64,000 bases of DNA from NCBI GenBank assembly GCA_963845755.1, contig CAWJTV010000029.1, forward strand, positions 256,001-320,000, in the 5' to 3' direction. A model generated the notes under the pieces. That model had not been told where the DNA came from. It saw only the letters and a program-made list of their open reading frames with translations, and did not search any database. A program made the position numbers and the translations under genes. The DNA comes from an uncultured Planctomycetota bacterium. GTDB taxonomy: Bacteria > Planctomycetota > Planctomycetia > Isosphaerales > Isosphaeraceae. The stretch's first letter is position 1, and each line of letters starts with the position of its first letter. This document shows positions 55,183 to 64,000 of the stretch, one piece after another.

Positions 55183-55374
55183 TCACTTGAGCCGTTGTTT
55201 TTCCATGCGATCAATCTGAATCACGACGCCGTTCTGGATGACGATTCTCACCTCGCCGAACCGGATTCCGTTGATCGCCGCCCGGATCGGCTCGAGATCG
55301 ATCGCCACACCAGTCGGAGTCCGCCGGTTAACCCCCGAGTCCTGTGAATCATTCTCGATGGATAAAGACGGCAT
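55183..55374 (-). CDS. DUF2292 (YezD/OscA-like) small protein
   Basis: AINGIRFGEVRIVIQNGVVIQIDRMEKQRL. Confidence 0.85.
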   Translation of the reverse strand: MPSLSIENDSQDSGVNRRTPTGVAIDLEPIRAAINGIRFGEVRIVIQNGVVIQIDRMEKQRLK

Positions 55375-55514
55375 TGGTACCTCTCCCCGACCACGAACGT
55401 CCTACCGGGCTGTTGACTCGGCACAATCAGAACGCCGACATCCCGACTTCTCGGCATCCAGACCGAGCCCCTTCCCTTGCGGGGCCACTTCGGCGCGAAT
55501 CGTGCTCACCGATT

Positions 55515-55530
55515 TGCAGGTGCCGTGCCG
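55515..55530 (-). promoter_or_regulatory. Sigma54 -24/-12 promoter CGGCACGGCACCTGCA
   Basis: GG-N10-GC facing the DUF2292 operon. Confidence 0.7.
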
Positions 55531-55602
55531 AACCGAGAAGAATCCGGCATCGCTGCGAAATCCGGCTCGATTCTCGATGAGACGGTCGGAGCTTGCCGAG
55601 GA

Positions 55603-55660
55603 CCGTGACATTTGCCAGGATATCCGTGATATTTGCTCGGATAACCATCATATTTGACGG
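55603..55660. promoter_or_regulatory. Second triple enhancer site
   Basis: Units at 55603, 55624, 55645, similar to those at 49246-49304. Confidence 0.75.
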
Positions 55661-55669
55661 GAGAGTCGG

Positions 55670-57286
55670 ATGGAGCGCCATGCCAGCCTGCTTCTTGATG
55701 TCTGGAGGGAGGTCTGCCGCCACATCGAGATCGGCGAATCGATCGAGCGGCTTGCCCCGATCCTGATGCGTCGCTTGCCGATCGAGTTGATCCTGATCCG
55801 GAGGCTCGACCCGGCGCGATCTTGCATCGAGACGGTGGCCACGGGCCACTGTCGTCCGGCGCCGGAGGGGTCGCCTTCGTCCGGACCGGTCCGGAGCAAC
55901 GTGGCCGCGGCCGAGTTGGAGCAACTGGCCGCATGGTGCGGCCGGGGCAAGGTGCTTCGCGGCACAGACCGGAACCTCCGGCGACGACTACCCGAACTGT
56001 TGCCGGAAGGGATCGAGGGGCAGGTCCTGGCCGGCCCGCTCATCGTACCGGATGCGCCGCCGGGGATCCTGATCCTGATCGGTTCATCCCGGCAGGAGCC
56101 GCGCGATGATCACCTCGAGCTCGTGCAGGCGCTGCTCGAGCCGTTTGCGGTGGCACTGGAGAACGATCACCGGCTGCGCGAGCTGGTCTCACTCCGCGAG
56201 GCGCTCGAGGCGGACAAGATGTCGCTGCTCTCCCGATTGGGCCGGCATGACATCAGCGACTCGATCGTCGGGGCGGACACCGGCCTGAAACCGGTGATGG
56301 ATCAGATCGAGCTGGTCGCACGATCGGATACGCCCGTCCTGATCCTCGGTGAGACGGGTGCGGGCAAGGAGGTCGTGGCGCGGGCGATCCATGAGCGATC
56401 CCGGCGGGCCGTGGGTCCGTTCCTGAGGGTCAATTGCGGTGCCATCCCGCCTGACCTGGTGGACTCGGAGTTGTTCGGCCACGAGAAGGGGAGCTTTACC
56501 GGGGCGGTCGGGACGCGAAAGGGGTGGTTCGAGCGGGCAGACGGGGGCACGCTCTTCCTCGATGAGTGCGGTGAGCTGACGCCGGCCGCCCAGGTGAGGC
56601 TGCTCCGGATCCTCCAGGATGGCACGTTCGAGCGGGTCGGCGGCGAGCGGCAGTTGCATGTCGACGTCCGGATCGTGGCCGCAACCCACCGTGAACTGGC
56701 GGAGATGACCGGCGACGGGCGGTTCCGCCAGGACCTGTGGTATCGCCTGGCGGTCTTTCCGATCCGCCTGCCGCCCCTGCGCGACCGACCGGCCGACATC
56801 CCGCCCTTGGCGGCCCACTTCGCCGTGAGGGCCGCCAAGCGGTTGGGGCTGCCGATGATGGCACCCTCCGCGGAAGATGTCAATTTGCTGGTCGCCTATT
56901 CCTGGCCCGGCAACGTGCGCGAACTCGCAGCCGTGATCGAACGCGCGGCGATCCTCGGCGGCGGGGTCCGGCTCGACGTGGCCCGAGCCCTGGGGCATCG
57001 GCCTCCAACCGCTTCGTCGGCGCCTTCGAATGCCGAGGCGTCCATCCCACCAGCGGACACGACGGAGCCGCTGGCCCCCCTGGGGATCGCCATGGCCCGG
57101 CACATCGAGGCGGCCCTGACACGGACCGGGGGACGCGTCGAAGGGCCTTCGGGAGCCGCCGCCCTCCTGGAGATCAATCCACACACGCTCCGCGCTCGCA
57201 TGCGTAAGCTCGGCGTCGCCTGGCAGGGCTTCCGATCCTCCGCACCGGCGTGGAGGCAGGGGCCGGAGCCCGACGGTCAGAAGTAG
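55670..57286 (+). CDS. Sigma54-dependent activator (GAF-like + AAA+ + HTH; FhlA/HyfR-like)
   Basis: GETGAGKE, ELFGHEKGSFTGA, FLDE, WPGNVREL, GAAALLEINPHTLRARMRKLG. Confidence 0.95.
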   Translation: MERHASLLLDVWREVCRHIEIGESIERLAPILMRRLPIELILIRRLDPARSCIETVATGHCRPAPEGSPSSGPVRSNVAAAELEQLAAWCGRGKVLRGTDRNLRRRLPELLPEGIEGQVLAGPLIVPDAPPGILILIGSSRQEPRDDHLELVQALLEPFAVALENDHRLRELVSLREALEADKMSLLSRLGRHDISDSIVGADTGLKPVMDQIELVARSDTPVLILGETGAGKEVVARAIHERSRRAVGPFLRVNCGAIPPDLVDSELFGHEKGSFTGAVGTRKGWFERADGGTLFLDECGELTPAAQVRLLRILQDGTFERVGGERQLHVDVRIVAATHRELAEMTGDGRFRQDLWYRLAVFPIRLPPLRDRPADIPPLAAHFAVRAAKRLGLPMMAPSAEDVNLLVAYSWPGNVRELAAVIERAAILGGGVRLDVARALGHRPPTASSAPSNAEASIPPADTTEPLAPLGIAMARHIEAALTRTGGRVEGPSGAAALLEINPHTLRARMRKLGVAWQGFRSSAPAWRQGPEPDGQK

Positions 57287-57580
57287 AGCTGGACGCGCCA
57301 CCAGAAGACATTGGCCGTCGGCTGGTATCTCCCTTTTGCAAAAGTGATAGGATTGTTGAACTCCTGGTGGTTCCAGTCCAAGTCCATCTTGAGATATTGA
57401 GTCATCCACCAGTTGATGCCGATGTCGGTCTGCCAGACGCGGTTGGCATTGCCCGTCGTGCTCGCCAGCCCGTAGCTGGAGACCGAAGCCCCGATATCCA
57501 GGTAACCGTAACGTCCGAAGACCTCCCACGCTCCCCAGCCCCGTTCTCCGGCCCTCAGGGTGAACGGGTTCTTCGGCTTG
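57277..57580 (-). pseudogene. 3' remnant of an OprO/OprP-like outer-membrane porin
   Basis: Manual translation KPKNPF...GWGAWEVFGRYGYLDI...IGINWW...FWWRVQLYF*; terminal Phe; 5' part missing. Confidence 0.75.
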
Positions 57581-57612
57581 TCGACGTGACTCGCCCGCGC
57601 AATCCGGCCGAT

Positions 57613-58527
57613 TCATATCTTGGGTGTGCGAATGGGAGAGTGGACAGGAGGACGATCGGGATGGTCGTTCACGTCCGGCTCCAGCAGGGCCGTTCCTGCC
57701 ATCAATGCGAACCCGGCCAGGAGGGCGGCGGAGAGTTTGAATCGGTCGTGCGAGTGGAATTGAAGCTCTGGCAAGAGGTCACTCAACGCGATGCACAGGA
57801 ATGTTCCGGCCGAGAAGGCCAGCGCGCCGGCGGTCCATGACTCGGGAGAGAACCACGCCGAAGCCTGCGTGCCGATCCAGAAGAGGGCCACTCCCGCCGG
57901 GATCATCAGGGCGAAGCCGAGATTGACGAGATGGGTGGATCGCCGCTCGGCGCCCGCGCGGAGCATCAGTGTGGTGATCGTCAGGGCGTCGGCCGGCTTG
58001 TGGACGAGGGTTGCCAGGAAGACGCCCAACCCGGCCCCCATCATGCCGTTGCCGACCCGAAAATCGGCGGCGACCGCGCTGGCCAGGGCGATGCCGCCCG
58101 CCAGGGAATGCACCGCCAACCCGAATGCCGCCGAGCCCCACGAGAGCACGACGAAGGGATTCGATCCCTTCGCGCCCGACCCGCAGTGATCGTGCGTGCC
58201 TGCATGAGCGGGATGCGCCACCCTCGAGACTCTCTCGCCGGCCGGTTCTTCCGTTTCGTGGTGATGGAACGAGAAGAACCGCTCCAGAAAAAACAGGGCG
58301 AGCAAGCCGAGAGCCGTCCAGCGGACCGTCTCGGCCGATCCGACCCGCACTGCCTCCGGAATCATGTGGAAGAACGCGGCGCCCAGCATCGCACCGGCCG
58401 AAAAGCTCAGGTACACTTGCAGACGGGTGTGATTCAAGGCCGTCGCCAGCGGCAGGATCCCTCCCAGGACGCTAACGATCACGATGGCCGTGCAGAACGC
58501 GCTAATCGTGATCGTCATCGGGCTCAC
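57613..58527 (-). CDS. ZIP-family metal transporter
   Basis: SAGAMLG..FFHMIPEA, His-rich loop, HSLAGG, HKPAD, DLLPE. Confidence 0.9.
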   Translation of the reverse strand: MSPMTITISAFCTAIVIVSVLGGILPLATALNHTRLQVYLSFSAGAMLGAAFFHMIPEAVRVGSAETVRWTALGLLALFFLERFFSFHHHETEEPAGERVSRVAHPAHAGTHDHCGSGAKGSNPFVVLSWGSAAFGLAVHSLAGGIALASAVAADFRVGNGMMGAGLGVFLATLVHKPADALTITTLMLRAGAERRSTHLVNLGFALMIPAGVALFWIGTQASAWFSPESWTAGALAFSAGTFLCIALSDLLPELQFHSHDRFKLSAALLAGFALMAGTALLEPDVNDHPDRPPVHSPIRTPKI

Positions 58528-58676
58528 CCCCGTTGCCGCGTGGTGCTCAACCCTTGTGGATGACTTTCCCCGACGAAATAATAATTGTTTGAAGTTGCAT
58601 TGTCAGGCCGCCCCTCCCAGGAATGACGCGAACAGCGCCCGGCCCGCCATTTCGAGCCTTTCAGCGAGGTGATGTC

Positions 58677-58964
58677 ATGTCCAAACTCAGCGAAGCCGAT
58701 ATCGTTGCGAGGCTGCCGGACGCCAAGGGTTGGGAACGTCATGGCGATATGCTGGTACGGACGTGGCAATTCCCCTCGTTCCGGCGTGCCCTGGAATTCG
58801 TGAATCAGGTCGCCGCCTTGATCGAGAAAACCGACCACCACCCGGATCTCATCGTGCAGTATCGCAACGTTCGGATCGAGATGTTGACTCACGACGTGGG
58901 TGGTTTGACCGAGCGCGATTTCGCGCTCATCGCCGAGATCAACGAACTTCCCACCGATCGCTGA
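58677..58964 (+). CDS. Pterin-4-alpha-carbinolamine dehydratase
   Basis: DHHPDL, THDVGGLTERD. Confidence 0.92.
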   Translation: MSKLSEADIVARLPDAKGWERHGDMLVRTWQFPSFRRALEFVNQVAALIEKTDHHPDLIVQYRNVRIEMLTHDVGGLTERDFALIAEINELPTDR

Positions 58965-59051
58965 GCGCGCCGCAGCGAAGCTCGGCCCGCGCACTGATCC
59001 GGCGCGTTGGCGGGTTATCCAGGCGTCGCGGCGTTGCGCGCTGGGGATCGC

Positions 59052-59258
59052 TCAGCCGTCGCTCTGACTCTCAGGCCGCTTCGGACCGGACTGACCGGCA
59101 GCCAGCCGTCGATACTTGGTCTTGGGGAGATTGTAGACCCCGACATCGGGTCGCCAGCGTTCGTCTTCTTGCAGGACCGCCAACCGTTCCGCGCGCGTCA
59201 GTACGTTGCGAGCACGAGCCAGACTTCCCGCCTTCTTCAAGCTCTTATCCAGCGACAT
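59052..59258 (-). CDS. PVC-superphylum small basic protein
   Basis: MSLDKSLK....RARNVLTRAERL...W......NLPK. Confidence 0.9.
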   Translation of the reverse strand: MSLDKSLKKAGSLARARNVLTRAERLAVLQEDERWRPDVGVYNLPKTKYRRLAAGQSGPKRPESQSDG

Positions 59259-59547
59259 CGTTCCCTCAAAGCGTGATTGATCCGGCCAAAACCGGGTGCG
59301 TATCGGCGAAGTTACCGATCCGGAAAGGCCGGGGACGGTCGCGGCAACCCTGGGACCGAAGGCCCTGCTCCGCCTCGCCTGGTCGGTTCCTTCGAAAATA
59401 AGGATCTTAGGATGTTACTCTCCGCGCGGCGGCGACGCAAGCGCGGTACGCAGATTCTCCATGCAAAAAGGGGCTACAAGAGTCAAGCAGCAAGGGATTT
59501 GTGTCCAGCCGCGAGTCCCTGGCTGGGAGTGGTTCCTCTCCCGCGGC

Positions 59548-62090
59548 TCAGCGATCGCGCCCGAGTTGATCGCGGAGGCGGCGCGCGTCGTGGTCGCCGA
59601 TCGTGACAGCCTGTTCAACGCTCTTACGCGCCGACGTGCGATCGCCCTGGGCCAGATAGGCCAGCGCCAGATTGTAATGGACACGACCCAGGGTCGTTGG
59701 GTCGGACGCCGTGCCGAGGGCACGTCGAAAGTCCGCAATGGCATCGGGAAAACGGCCCGATTTGTAGGAGAGGATCCCCCGGTTCAGGAGGGCCTTGGTC
59801 AATCGAGGGTCGAGACTCAGGGCATGAGTGTAGTCGGACAATGCCCGGTTGGTGCGTCCGGATGCCTCGGCCGCCAGGGCTCGATTGAAGTAGCTCGGGG
59901 CGAATTGTGGGTCCAGTGCAATGCAGACGCTGAACGAGGCGAAGGCGTCCTCGTAGCGCCCCAATCGGTAGGAGCACTGGCCCGCGTAGAAGTTGGGCCA
60001 GAAGTCCTGAGGCCGGCGGTCGAGGGCGAGACGGAATTCCTCGGACGCCCGGTCGAACTGCCTCGCGCGGAGTTCGGACCGCCCCAGGTCATAATGCTCC
60101 GCTGCGGACTGAGGGGCCGGACCGTCTTCCCCGGGGGGGTTGGCCCGGGGGGGTTCGTCGACCAGCGTTTGGCGTAGGCGGTCGATGGTGAAGCTCGGTC
60201 CGCAACGGGATCGAGCGTCATCGAGAAGGCGGATGATCTCGTCCCGCGAAGTCCGTAATTCCTCCTTGGGCGTCAGACGGATTTGCAGGTCTGCCCAGAC
60301 ACCGACCAACTCGAGCAGATCGGTTCGAATCTGTTGATCGAGCGTGGAATCGTAGTCACCGGCCGCTGTCGAGAGTAGCTGCGCGCGCCGGCCCCAGATC
60401 GCCCGAATGTCACGGGCGAGGCCAGCAGCCTCGGAGGGCGGGGGCGGGTCGATGCCGTACTCGAACCGGACGCGCTCCGCCAGATGGTGCAACGTCTCGG
60501 CATCGGCGCCGCGCGTGGCCTCACGGAGTTGATCCGTCAAGGCCCGAGCCAGGCCCTCGAGGCCGGGGACAGCCCGGCGCGTTCCAGTCCGCGGCCCAAC
60601 GTTTGGACGGCAACCCGGTACCGGCCGCTGCCGCATAAGGCTCGACCGTCGTCAAGGGCCGTCTGGAGCTCGTGAACGCGCTGGAAGTAAAAGAGGCCGA
60701 CAGCCCCGACGACGATGAGGATGAGGAGACCGGCCACTCCCAGGGGATTGGCCGGGTGCCGTTTCCCCCACTTGTGCAATCGCTCAGTAAGGCGATTGCG
60801 GACGCCCCGGAGCGGCCGGTCATTGATCTGGCGTCTCAGGTCGTCGGCGAGGGCGGCGGAACTCCCGTAGCGGCCCGAAGGCCGTTCGGCCAGACACTTC
60901 GCGACGATATCCTCTAAGCCGGCACCGACCGCCGGATTTCGCCGACGCAATCGCGGGGTGTCCTCTTGCGGATGCCCGGGGCTCCTGCCGCCAAGGGCCT
61001 CCCGAAGCAGGAGCCCCAGCGCATAGAGGTCGGCGCGGGAGTCGACCAGGGCGGGAATGGGTTGTCCCAGGCCGACCGCCTCGAGCGCGGCTCGGTGCTC
61101 GGGCGCCATCCAGCCCGGCGTTCCACCGATCTGGTCGGGGAACCGCTCATTCGCCTGGATCGGCTTCCGGGCCAGGTGGAAGTCCAGCAGCATCGGCGTT
61201 CCGTCGGCGGCGATCAGCACGTTCGAGGGCTTGACGTCCATGTGAACCAGACCGCGGGCGTGCGCATCGTCCAGCGCATCGGCCAGGCAGGCCCCAATCC
61301 AGCAGATCGCCTCAACGTAAGAGGCCTGCTGGAGGTATCGACGATAGGGGCCATCGGGCTGGATCGGTTCCGGTCGGCTCGCCTCGACGCGATCCAGGAC
61401 ATCGAGGATGTCCTGGCCGCGGCGATCCGCGGGCGGGATCGATGCCAGGGCTTCCAGGACCCGAGCCAGGCTCGTCCCGCCCAGATAGGGCATGCAGAGC
61501 GCCCGGAGGCCCCGTTCCGGGAACGCGTGCTCCGAGAACAGCGGGATGATGTGCGTGTGCTGCAAGCGGGCCAGCGAGAGGTGTTCTTCCTGGTCGTCGG
61601 AGATGACCTTCAGGACGACCTGCCGGTTTGCGAGTGCCGGTTCCGCGGCAACGTACGTCTTTCCCGAAGCACCACGGCCGAGCTCGGCCAGCAACCGGAA
61701 AGGGCCCAGGTCCTCGCCGGCTTCGGGGAGCACCGCCGCGTGGGACATCGGCCGCAACAGCCGATCGCAACCCAGCAGGACCTCGAGCTGGCCCTTCCAG
61801 CGCGGGAACCGGTTCAGGACCTCGGTGGTGGGGACCTCCTGCCCCGCCTCGCGCCGCAAGCAGGTCTCCTCGTAGATCAGGCGGATGGCGGACTCCTCGC
61901 CAAGTCCTGGGTTGCCGGCCAGGATCTCTTCCGCGCCGATGGGCTCGCCGCGTGCCCAGGCGGCCGCCATGCCGTCGATCAGCCGCGAGATCGCGGAGCC
62001 GTCCGGCGGTTCCGGGACGCCCGGATCCGGCCCCTCGGAGGGGTGCGACCGCCCGCCCCCGTCCGCGGGACCGGCGGAACACAATGGCAT
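59548..62090 (-). CDS. Membrane Ser/Thr kinase with TPRs, frameshift ~60540-60600
   Basis: LGRGASG, VLK, HMDVKPSN, DFHLA, GTPGWMAPE; TM; TPRs. Confidence 0.92.
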
Positions 62091-62093
62091 GGG

Positions 62094-62696
62094 TCAATCC
62101 CCTTCCGAGTCCGAGCCCGGTGTTGCGGACGCGTTGCGAGGAGGGATGGCGAGTCGGCGGGCTAGCTCGTAGAGGATCCGGCGAATGCTCCCTTCGTGCA
62201 ATCCAGTCCGGCGCGCGATCTCGGCATTGGGCAGCCCCTGGCGCTTGAGGACCAGGATTTCGCGATGCGCCGGCGAGCACTCTTCCAGCATGCGTTTCCA
62301 CAGCTCGCGCTCCTGGGCGATCTCGCTGGGGCGCGGCTGGTTGGCCTGCGTCAGGTCCTCGGCCGCGGCCAGCTCCAGCGGCCGCTCTTGTTCCAGGGCG
62401 CGATGATGCTGCCGACGACGGTCGATGAGCCGATTTCGAGCCACTTTCATGAGGAAGGCGCGGAGGTGGGATCGGTCGGTGAACCGCCAGCCCGCCTGAC
62501 GAAAGCCGCCCAGGACGTCCGCCCAGACCGATTGGACGATATCCATCGAGTCGAGCTTGGCCCGTAAGGGCCCCGTCAATTGCCGGCGGACTGCCATTCG
62601 CAAGTAGGGCTCGTAGGCGAGGAAGGCCCGTTCCGCAGCCGCCAGGTCGCCGCCGTTCAGCTTCTCGATCAGCTCGTCGAGGTGCTCGATGCTCAT
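62094..62696 (-). CDS. ECF sigma factor paired with the kinase
   Basis: YEPYLRMAVRR, DSMDIVQSVW, PSE, EIARRTG. Confidence 0.92.
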   Translation of the reverse strand: MSIEHLDELIEKLNGGDLAAAERAFLAYEPYLRMAVRRQLTGPLRAKLDSMDIVQSVWADVLGGFRQAGWRFTDRSHLRAFLMKVARNRLIDRRRQHHRALEQERPLELAAAEDLTQANQPRPSEIAQERELWKRMLEECSPAHREILVLKRQGLPNAEIARRTGLHEGSIRRILYELARRLAIPPRNASATPGSDSEGD

Positions 62697-64000
62697 GCCC
62701 GTCTCTCGGACCAACTTCCCGGCAGCTCAGGGAATCCGAGGGTAAGCTGGCGCCCGGCTGGGTCGACTGCCAGCATTCCTCGTTTCAGGCTCGTCTTGCG
62801 ACGCACGTACCGCCGGGCCATCTCCGCCGACGCCGCGGCGCTGAGCAAACTCAGGGAGAATATCACGATCGGCGCCGGTCCCCGCACATCGAGCAATCCG
62901 GCATCCAACTCGTCAAGCTGACGGACGAACCGGTCGAGGGCCGCTTCCAACGAGTCGCGGCCCATGGGGAGCCCTTCGACGATCAGGTCGGCGCCCTGCG
63001 GCAACGGGAGCGACTCCCTCGGACCATCGGAGGCGCGGTCGTCGGGACCCAAGGTCGGCCGGAGGGCCGCGTGATCGACGGGCACCGGGTTCGTGGAAGG
63101 CCCGCGCGGCCGGGAGGCACGGCCGGATTGGCTATTGGCCACACCGATCATGCCTTCTGCTGCCGAACTGCTCGATGTCGAACGATCGGCATTGAGATTA
63201 CTTGCATCGAGGAGTGAATTGGCCTGCAAAGGAACGTTGCCGACGGATGAGATGGGGGCACCGAGACCAACGTTAGCCGGAGCAGTTCCCGGAGCGGGCG
63301 TCATCTGCGGACCCGTGGGGTTGTTCGTGACAAGGACACCGACGGTAGCCGATTGCGACGACGTCGGCTCGTTCAACTCCGGACGGCCTCTCTCGGGCGT
63401 GAGACTCGATGGGGATGGCGGCGGTGCGTCGTTGAAGGAAGGCGCAGGATCGTCGTTGTTGTAGTCGATCTTGAAGACAAACGTCGAGGCGCCGGTGCCA
63501 GGGACGCTCACCAACGGCTGGACGCCCGAATTCGGACCATTCCCGTAACTCCCGTAACTCGCCATCGGACCACCGGGCCCGGATGGATCCATCCCTGATT
63601 CGGGGTCGTGAGGCGGGAAAACGCCCGTCGGGGCAGGCGAGCTCGCCGACGGTGGAGCACCCGAACCGTCCATGGTGGTCGACGGCGGATTCTCAACCAG
63701 TGCGAAGACCTCGTGGACCGTCATCCACCCCGGGCCATCGAACGGCGCGAAGACGGGCCCTTCCCATCCGGGGTTCATGGGCCTTGCCCATTCTTCGCTC
63801 CGGCCGGACAGACCCCCGAAGACCGGCGATTCCCCGGTGAACCCGCTCATGGCACCATAGGAGGGGCCTGGATTGTCAACGGGAGCTAACGGGTAGACGA
63901 CCATTTCCTCGACTCGGGGAGCGCCGAAAGATCCCGCGCTGAGCAACTGGCGGTCTTCCAACGCGTCGAAGGCCGGCCGACGATGGGGCCTGGTTGATCG
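62693..64000 (-). CDS. Low-complexity protein with planctomycete LEDRQLLS motif and C-terminal TM (5' end beyond the window)
   Basis: RPAFDALEDRQLLS; Pro/Ser-rich body; ATGA overlap with the ECF gene. Confidence 0.75.
   Translation of the reverse strand, partial: RSTRPHRRPAFDALEDRQLLSAGSFGAPRVEEMVVYPLAPVDNPGPSYGAMSGFTGESPVFGGLSGRSEEWARPMNPGWEGPVFAPFDGPGWMTVHEVFALVENPPSTTMDGSGAPPSASSPAPTGVFPPHDPESGMDPSGPGGPMASYGSYGNGPNSGVQPLVSVPGTGASTFVFKIDYNNDDPAPSFNDAPPPSPSSLTPERGRPELNEPTSSQSATVGVLVTNNPTGPQMTPAPGTAPANVGLGAPISSVGNVPLQANSLLDASNLNADRSTSSSSAAEGMIGVANSQSGRASRPRGPSTNPVPVDHAALRPTLGPDDRASDGPRESLPLPQGADLIVEGLPMGRDSLEAALDRFVRQLDELDAGLLDVRGPAPIVIFSLSLLSAAASAEMARRYVRRKTSLKRGMLAVDPAGRQLTLGFPELPGSWSERRA

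Noticed and set aside
55351..55375. Rrf2/CymR-like operator over the DUF2292 start
   Set aside because: Only a loose resemblance, with no second copy in the window.
57277..57615. ZIP stop TGA is in frame with the 112-codon porin stub, and selB is nearby: possible selenocysteine readthrough
   Set aside because: An inner-membrane transporter fused to a partial beta-barrel is implausible, the TGA is not at a Cys-like catalytic site, and the frame match has a 1-in-3 chance.
58574..58601. Zur/Fur box upstream of the ZIP gene
   Set aside because: The region is AT-rich but has no clear dyad.

Overview
GC-rich planctomycete DNA, probably Isosphaeraceae-like. Lineage markers are the PVC small basic protein, DUF1559/DUF1549-1553/DUF1501 genes, ECF sigma plus Ser/Thr kinase, and an LEDRQLLS protein. 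Many conserved genes carry single-base frameshifts, which most likely reflects unpolished long-read sequence. Contents in order: (1) a type VII-like operon with an EccC/EssC-like FtsK ATPase, a WXG100-like protein and a helical protein; (2) an OmpR-type two-component pair facing a cluster of secreted-protein genes that share a repeated operator-like box; (3) a divergent biotin cluster (bioB <- -> bioF-bioD-bioA) split by an ~11.4 kb decayed island with 30-bp direct repeats at its ends, holding an integrase remnant, a 424-bp MITE, IS21, IS630, a PemK/MazF toxin-antitoxin pair and TIR/ogt fragments; (4) selB and neighbouring membrane proteins; (5) a sulfur-acquisition region in which two leftward operons each have a sigma54 -24/-12 promoter and a triple 21-22 bp-period enhancer at identical spacing, next to an FhlA-like activator; (6) ZIP transporter, pterin dehydratase, small basic protein, Ser/Thr kinase and ECF sigma. 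The strongest candidates for undescribed biology are the sigma54 sulfur regulon, the T7-like operon in a diderm, and the island integrated in the bio promoter region. All family calls come from motif recognition only; no searches were run.
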